Shown: positions 58,766 through 64,000 of the stretch, in pieces
How positions within the stretch are numbered: the first letter of the stretch is position 1
How the letters are laid out: every line of letters begins with the position of its first letter
Assembly (NCBI GenBank): GCA_965227515.1
Contig: CBDDFZ010000002.1
Span: 480,001 to 544,000 of the forward strand
Length of the DNA: 64,000 nt
From: Alphaproteobacteria bacterium
Lineage (GTDB): Bacteria > Pseudomonadota > Alphaproteobacteria > CALKHQ01
Direction: 5' to 3'
Program-made: the position numbers and the translations under genes
Notes under the pieces: generated by a model
Databases searched by the model: none
The model's input: the letters and a program-made list of their open reading frames with translations, nothing else
Told to the model about the DNA's origin: nothing

Positions 58766-60298
58766 CTACATCACCGCGCCGATCTGCCACGGAATGAACT
58801 CGTAGTCGCCGAAGCCCTGGGCCTCGCTCTTCGACGGTTCGCCGGAGGCGACGCGCACCACGAGGTCGAAGATGTGCTGGCCCAGTTCGGCCACCGACAC
58901 GCCTTCGTCCACCACCACGCCGCAGTTCACGTCCATGTCGTCGGACATGCGCTGGTACATGGCCGAGTTGGTGGCGAGCTTGATCGACGGCGCCGGCTTG
59001 AAGCCGAACACCGAGCCGCGCCCGGTGGTGAAGCACACCACATTGGCGCCAGAGGCGACCTGGCCGGTCACCGAGCACGGGTCGTAGCCGGGCGAGTCCA
59101 TGAACACGAAGCCCTTGGTGTCCACCGTCTCGGCATATTTGTAGACGCCGCACAGGTTGGTGGTGCCGCCCTTGGCCGCCGCGCCCAGCGACTTTTCCAG
59201 GATTGTGGTCAGCCCACCGGCCTTGTTGCCGGGCGACGGGTTGTTGTTCATCTCGCCGCCATTGCGGCCGACATAGTCCTCCCACCACTTGATGCGGGCG
59301 ACCAGCTTCTTGCCGACGTTCTCGTTGATCGCGCGCCGGGTCAGCAGGTGCTCGGCGCCATAGATCTCCGGCGTTTCGGAGAGGATCGCGGTGCCACCAT
59401 GGCGCACCAGCAGGTCGGCGGCCGCGCCCAGGCCGGGGTTGGCGGTGATGCCGGACAGCGCGTCCGACCCGCCGCATTGCAGCGCCAGGGTCAGCTCGCT
59501 CGCCGGGCAGGTCTCGCGGGTCGCGGCATTGGCCGCCGGCAGCATCGACTTGATGATCTCGACCCCGCGCTCCACCGTCTTGGCGGTGCCGCCGGTGTCC
59601 TGGATCGTCATGGTCTGGAACGTGTCGCCGATCTTCAGGTCATAGGCGTCGAGCAGGAACGGGATCTGGTTGACCTCGCAGCCCAGGCCGACCAGCAACA
59701 CGCCGGCGAAGTTCGGATGCCGGGCGTAGCCCCACATGGTGCGCTGCAGCGCCTCATAGCCGTCGCCATTGTCGGCCATGCCGCAGCCGGTGGAATGCGA
59801 CAGCGCGACCACGCCGTCGACGTTGGGGTAGTCGTCCAGGATGCCGGAGCGCTCGACGGCGCGGGCAATGTACTTGGCGGCGGTGGCCGAGCAATTCACG
59901 CTGGTCAGCACGCCGATGAAGTTGCGGGTGCCGCAGCGGCCGTTGGCGCGGCGAAAGCCCTGGAAGGTCGCCTGGGCGTCGCCCTCGAAATAGTCGGTCG
60001 GCCGCATATCCTCGCAGAACGCGTAGTCGCGGCTGAACTCCTGCATCACGCAGTTGTGGACATGCACATGGTCGCCGGGTGCGATGTCGCCCTGGGCGAA
60101 GCCTATGATCTGGTTGTACTTGCGCACCGGTTCGCCGTCGGCGATGGCGGCGGTGGCGATCTTGTGGCCGGCGGGGATGTGGACGGCGGCGCTGACGCCC
60201 TCGGCCGGGACCTCCGCGCCGGGCAGCAGGTCGGCACGGGCGACAACCACGTTGTCGGCCGGGTTGAGGCGGATGGATAGCGCAGGCGCGGTGCTCAT
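58766..60298 (-). CDS. UxaA/GarD-family sugar-acid dehydratase
   Basis: SAF domain DNVVVA...GHKIA...HVHVHN; GTRNFIG, LGCE, LQCGGSD, NNPSPGNKAGG, FTTGRG. Confidence 0.92.
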   Translation of the reverse strand: MSTAPALSIRLNPADNVVVARADLLPGAEVPAEGVSAAVHIPAGHKIATAAIADGEPVRKYNQIIGFAQGDIAPGDHVHVHNCVMQEFSRDYAFCEDMRPTDYFEGDAQATFQGFRRANGRCGTRNFIGVLTSVNCSATAAKYIARAVERSGILDDYPNVDGVVALSHSTGCGMADNGDGYEALQRTMWGYARHPNFAGVLLVGLGCEVNQIPFLLDAYDLKIGDTFQTMTIQDTGGTAKTVERGVEIIKSMLPAANAATRETCPASELTLALQCGGSDALSGITANPGLGAAADLLVRHGGTAILSETPEIYGAEHLLTRRAINENVGKKLVARIKWWEDYVGRNGGEMNNNPSPGNKAGGLTTILEKSLGAAAKGGTTNLCGVYKYAETVDTKGFVFMDSPGYDPCSVTGQVASGANVVCFTTGRGSVFGFKPAPSIKLATNSAMYQRMSDDMDVNCGVVVDEGVSVAELGQHIFDLVVRVASGEPSKSEAQGFGDYEFIPWQIGAVM

Positions 60299-60453
60299 GT
60301 GATCTCTCGTGGCAATGGGCGGCGCGTTCTGTCGTCGTGGGCAGGCGCGCGGCCGGGCTTGGGTTCGTCTCGCACCTAGTGTACATCGGCGCCCAAGGCC
60401 AGCGCACGACAATTGCTGGTTTGGAGACAAGGCTTGAACATGAGGGGACGCGC

Positions 60454-61225
60454 ATGACGGGGCGTTTGGCCGGCAAGACGGCACTGATTACGGCGGCGGC
60501 ACAGGGCATCGGCAAGTCGTCGGTGGAGGCATTCCTGCGCGAGGGCGCGACGGTGGTCGCCACCGATGTCAACGACGACGGGCTGGCCGCGCTGCAAGGG
60601 CCGGATGGCGCGCCCGATGGAGCATTGACCACCCGTCACCTGGACGTTCTCGATCCTGATGCGGTGGCCGGGATTGCCGCCGATGTCGGCGCGGTCGACG
60701 TGTTGTTCAACTGCGCCGGTTTCGTCCACCACGGCACGATCCTGGACTGCGACGAGAAGGACTGGGACTTCTCGTTCGACCTCAACGTCAAGGCGATGTA
60801 CCGGATGAACCGCGCCTTCCTGCCGGCGATGCTCGCGGCGGGCGGCGGCACCATCATCAATATGTCGTCGGTCTCCGGCTCGATCAAAGGCATCGTTAAC
60901 CGCTTCGCCTATGGCGCCAGCAAGGCGGCGGTAATCGGCATGACCAAGGGCGATCGCCGCCGACTTCGTGGGCCAGGGCATCCGCGTGCACGCGATCTGC
61001 CCGGGCACTGTCGACACGCCGTCGCTGCGCCAGCGGGTGGCGGAGCTGGCCGAAGCGCAGAACGTCAGCTTCGACGAGGCGATGGCCGGCTTCGTCGGTC
61101 GCCAGCCGATGGGCCGGCTCGGCACCGCCGAGGAGATCGCTGCGCTGTGCGTCTACCTGGCCTCCGACGAGGCGAGCTACACCACCGGCCAGGCCCATCT
61201 GATCGACGGCGGCATCATGATCTGA
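60454..61225 (+). pseudogene. SDR (BDH2 / 2-keto-3-deoxy-L-fuconate dehydrogenase-like) with a +1 frameshift
   Basis: TAAAQGIG, LFNCAG, YGASKAA in one frame, ICPGTVDTPSL...DGG in the next; 772 nt; extra G in AAGGGCG at 60948-60950 (may be a sequencing error). Confidence 0.8.
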
Positions 61226-61247
61226 CCCGGTCGGGCCACTCTCCGCC

Positions 61248-61332
61248 GTCATGCCCGCACTTGTTGCGGGCATCCACGTTTTGCGATCCGCTGATGAAAG
61301 ACGTGGATGCGCGGATCAAGTCCGCGCATGAC
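61248..61332. repeat. Paired-hairpin REP-like element
   Basis: GTCATGCCCGCACTTGTTGCGGGCATCCACGT...ACGTGGATGCGCGGATCAAGTCCGCGCATGAC. Confidence 0.82.
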
Positions 61333-61382
61333 GACAGGGATTTGCCAGGGAGTCCACAGGCCATGGTAAGTGGCGGGAAGAT

Positions 61383-61784
61383 CTACCGCCCCGCCATGGC
61401 GGCCGTGGCCAGGTCGATGCCGGCCGCCGCGGCGCCTTGTTCCAGCACCGACACGTCGCGGCCTTCCGGCACCCGGATGCGCAAGAAGAACCCGGCATGC
61501 CGCACACCGGGCGTCACCACGGCGCCGGCGCCGTCATGCGCGGGTAGGGTCGCCCATCCGCCGACGCGGATCGGCGTCACCGACCAGCCGCCTTCGGCAT
61601 CGGAATAGCCCGCCGGCCGCCACGTCCACAGCGCCGGATCGGCCGGGTCGGTCGTCTCGCGGTCGCCACCTTCCTCGGCCGGCGTCACCAGCCAGTCGCC
61701 GTGCAGCAGGCCGAGTTGCACCGCCACCAGCGTCGCCGTGGCCTCGTCGGGCGCGCGCAAGAAGATATCGCGATAGCCGCTCAT
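61383..61784 (-). CDS. Hypothetical phage-like protein coupled to the fiber gene
   Basis: ATGA overlap with the upstream gene; DIFLRAPDE N-terminus resembles small proteins that follow phage fiber genes. Confidence 0.6.
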   Translation of the reverse strand: MSGYRDIFLRAPDEATATLVAVQLGLLHGDWLVTPAEEGGDRETTDPADPALWTWRPAGYSDAEGGWSVTPIRVGGWATLPAHDGAGAVVTPGVRHAGFFLRIRVPEGRDVSVLEQGAAAAGIDLATAAMAGR

Positions 61785-63079
61785 GCCAGCGCCCCCCAGC
61801 GGTCGCCGTTCCAGACACGCAGGCTGCGGAGGGTGCCGTTGAGGTGATTGGCCGCGCCAACGCTTTGGCCGATCGCCATGTAGCGCGGCTGAACAAAGGC
61901 GCCGCCGCTATCGGTTTCGAACGCGGCCCCATTGAGGGACACGGCCAACGCGTCGTTGCCGAAGTCCACGACGCAGCGCGCGGCGTACCTCGTGTCGGCA
62001 GCCAGCACCGTTGCCGGCGATACGGTGGCCTGTGCCGCATTGGCATTGAAGGCGCGGAACTGGAACCGTCCGCTGGACGCATTGATGGTGCCCAGCGTGC
62101 GATTGTTGCCATTGGACGCGCTGTCGCTGAGCTCGAAGATCCGCGGGTTGTTCGCGTTGTCGGCGTGTGAACGCGCCCACGCGCATTCGATGCTGACGAC
62201 GCTCGACAGTACGTCGGCGCCGAAATCAATTTCGGCCACCTCCGCCGTCCGGTCCGACGCCGCCGGGCTCGACACCGCCGGCAGGATCGGCGAGGACACA
62301 TGCGCCGCCTCCTCGGTCGTCGGCACCCCGATGTCGAACGTGATGTCGACCGCCGCCGACGTGTTGAGGCCGACCCCCACCTGCGCCTGGACGCTATCGA
62401 CCGTGGCCTCGTCCATGGTGTCGTTCTCGAATTTGAACCGCTGGAACGAGGACGTGAGCGATCCCAGGAAGTCACTGCTGGTGTTGGTCGACAGATAAGA
62501 CGGGCCGCTGTTCTGCTCGTTGTGGTCGATGACGATCTGGGTCACGTCGTCGATGTCCGCGTCGTCCACCAGGCGCAGGAACACCGCCGACGACACCGGG
62601 TCGTTCTGCGACAGGCCGGTCAGCTCCCCGGCGGCCAGGAACGCGATGGCGTAGAAGCCGGTGCTGCTGTCCGTCGTGCCGCTGAGCCGCACCCGGATAT
62701 AGTCGATGCCGTCGTCCTGGCCGACCGCGACGATGGTCACCGTCAGGCCGGTGTCGCCATAGCCGGCCCAGCCGGTCGGCCACGCCCCGCCGGACCCGAT
62801 TGCCCCAGCGGTCGCCCCTTCGGCGCGCGGGTTCGGGACCTGGTTGGTCGACGGACCCTCGATCTGCCAGCCGTTCGACAGCCTGGGTACGTCGGCGTCA
62901 TAGACGACCAGCGCGCCGCTCGCGTCGAATTGCGTGGCACTGCCCGTGCGGGAGAGGGCGACATCGTCGGGCAGGCCGCTGGGCCATTGCCAGTCGAACA
63001 GCTTTCCGGCTTCGGCGCGGCGGATCGGCACCCAGGCCGGCGGCCGCGCCGCGTGGGCCTCGACGAGCGCGTGCAGCAT
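61781..63079 (-). CDS. Phage/GTA head-spike-fiber-like protein with C-terminal LamG/ConA-like domain
   Basis: LSRTGSATQFDASG...DVPR...IEGPSTN resembles the RcGTA spike fiber N-terminus; beta-rich end MAIG...LNGTLRSLRVW; TGATG overlap. Confidence 0.68.
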   Translation of the reverse strand: MLHALVEAHAARPPAWVPIRRAEAGKLFDWQWPSGLPDDVALSRTGSATQFDASGALVVYDADVPRLSNGWQIEGPSTNQVPNPRAEGATAGAIGSGGAWPTGWAGYGDTGLTVTIVAVGQDDGIDYIRVRLSGTTDSSTGFYAIAFLAAGELTGLSQNDPVSSAVFLRLVDDADIDDVTQIVIDHNEQNSGPSYLSTNTSSDFLGSLTSSFQRFKFENDTMDEATVDSVQAQVGVGLNTSAAVDITFDIGVPTTEEAAHVSSPILPAVSSPAASDRTAEVAEIDFGADVLSSVVSIECAWARSHADNANNPRIFELSDSASNGNNRTLGTINASSGRFQFRAFNANAAQATVSPATVLAADTRYAARCVVDFGNDALAVSLNGAAFETDSGGAFVQPRYMAIGQSVGAANHLNGTLRSLRVWNGDRWGALA

Positions 63080-63369
63080 CAGAACCGCACCGCTTGGGCA
63101 TCGACGCTGACCCCGGACCCGCCGGTGATGCTGGCCCGCACGAAGCCCGGCGCCAGCTCGAACACGCGCACGCCGGCGGCCGTCAGTTCGGCGTCGCTGC
63201 CGAGGTCGAGCGCGGTCGACTGGTCGGGCGAGAACTCCAGCGCCACGGTAGAGCCGCCAAAGGTGCCGAACGCCTGGAAATGCCCGCGGCCGCCGGGCCA
63301 TGCCACCCAGGACCCGCTGCTGGAGGCCCCGTCCAGCAGGGTAACCCGGTCACCGGTCGATAGTGTCAT
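63079..63369 (-). CDS. Small beta-rich phage-like protein (possible spike base)
   Basis: 96 aa, GTFGGSTVALEFSPD; AGGAG RBS; coupled to the fiber gene. Confidence 0.6.
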   Translation of the reverse strand: MTLSTGDRVTLLDGASSSGSWVAWPGGRGHFQAFGTFGGSTVALEFSPDQSTALDLGSDAELTAAGVRVFELAPGFVRASITGGSGVSVDAQAVRF

Positions 63370-63405
63370 CGCTTTCTCCTGAATTGCCGAGATCGAATGA
63401 TGTTT

Positions 63406-63443
63406 GTTCCCTTTTAGTTCTTATCGATGAAAATTGCAAGAAC
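63406..63443. promoter_or_regulatory. Alphaproteobacterial LexA (SOS) boxes
   Basis: Perfect GTTC-N7-GTTC at 63406-63420 and GAAA-N7-GAAC at 63429-63443 in an AT-rich intergenic region. Confidence 0.65.
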
Positions 63444-63554
63444 ATTTTGTTTGTCATGCACGCATGGCGGGTATTGTCGGTGCTTGCGCTGTGACGATGC
63501 CGTGCCACAATGGCGTGGCCGGAGAAGGCCCCGCCAACAGCGAACGCCATTGCC

Positions 63555-64000
63555 ATGACCGATACGTCTCCGACCACTGCGACCGGGCCTGCGTTCCTGG
63601 AACGCCAGTCCATCATCGACCAGCCGATCGTGCCTGCGGTCGCGGTGCTGGTGATCGTGGTGTTCGCGATCTTCAGCCCCGGCTGGCTGATGGCGGTGAT
63701 CGCCGTGATCTGGATCGCCTTCATCTGGGCGGTGCGGCTGAGCGTGTCAGTGGACGCCGCCGGAGTGTCGATACGCTACCGCCCCGTCGCCAAGCGGCAG
63801 ATCCCGCTCGCCGAGATCGCCGAGGTGAAGGTGGTCAAGTACAGGCCGATCAAGGACTTCGGCGGCTGGGGGCCGCGCACCGGGCGTGGCGGCGTGCGTT
63901 GCTTCACCCTGTCGGGCACCGATGGCGTGGAACTGAAACTCACCGGCGGGGACACCGTGCTGATTGGCAGCAACATGCCGGCCGGGCTGGTCGGCGCCAT
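63555..64000 (+). CDS. Membrane protein with bacterial PH-like domain, truncated at the window end
   Basis: MTDTSP..., two TMs, IPLAEI...YRPIKDFGGWG...GVEL...VLIGS; open to the window end. Confidence 0.7.
   Translation, partial: MTDTSPTTATGPAFLERQSIIDQPIVPAVAVLVIVVFAIFSPGWLMAVIAVIWIAFIWAVRLSVSVDAAGVSIRYRPVAKRQIPLAEIAEVKVVKYRPIKDFGGWGPRTGRGGVRCFTLSGTDGVELKLTGGDTVLIGSNMPAGLVGA

Noticed and set aside
60940-60960. Programmed ribosomal frameshift in the SDR
   Set aside because: No slippery heptamer or stimulatory structure seen; a simple indel is more likely
61383-63369. Intact prophage
   Set aside because: Only three genes; no integrase, terminase, capsid, tail or lysis genes, and ordinary host genes flank them

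Overview
High-GC alphaproteobacterial chromosome segment (Rhodospirillales-like by gene style; many very acidic exported proteins). Left to right: an OmpR/sensor-kinase pair divergent from an EF-hand protein and a cytochrome b561; DUF2141, RraA-like and cupin genes; mscL; phoX with a Pho-box-like site; denD with a DeoR/GlpR regulator; tRNA-Thr(TGT) followed by an IS481 remnant and a pyridine-ring catabolic cluster (NicX-like dioxygenase, four-part Mo-hydroxylase, hydrolase, LIV-type ABC importer); a TRAP transporter; an ~18 kb minus-strand locus joining srfA(x2)-vWA-srfB-srfC (Hsp70/actin-like ATPase plus dynamin-like GTPase) to a Sel1 protein, a kinase-less PpkA periplasmic module and tagT/tagS/tagR, with no T6SS genes in the window (best candidate for an undescribed envelope system); a 990-aa orphan membrane protein; MFS/AraC; a divergent HisD paralog coupled to a kinase-fold gene; hspQ; a TPP riboswitch in front of a LIV-type ABC importer; a UxaA-family dehydratase and a frameshifted SDR; and an orphan phage/GTA head-spike-like three-gene module behind LexA-like boxes. 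Several families of palindromic intergenic repeats are present. All calls come from motif recognition by eye, without database searches.
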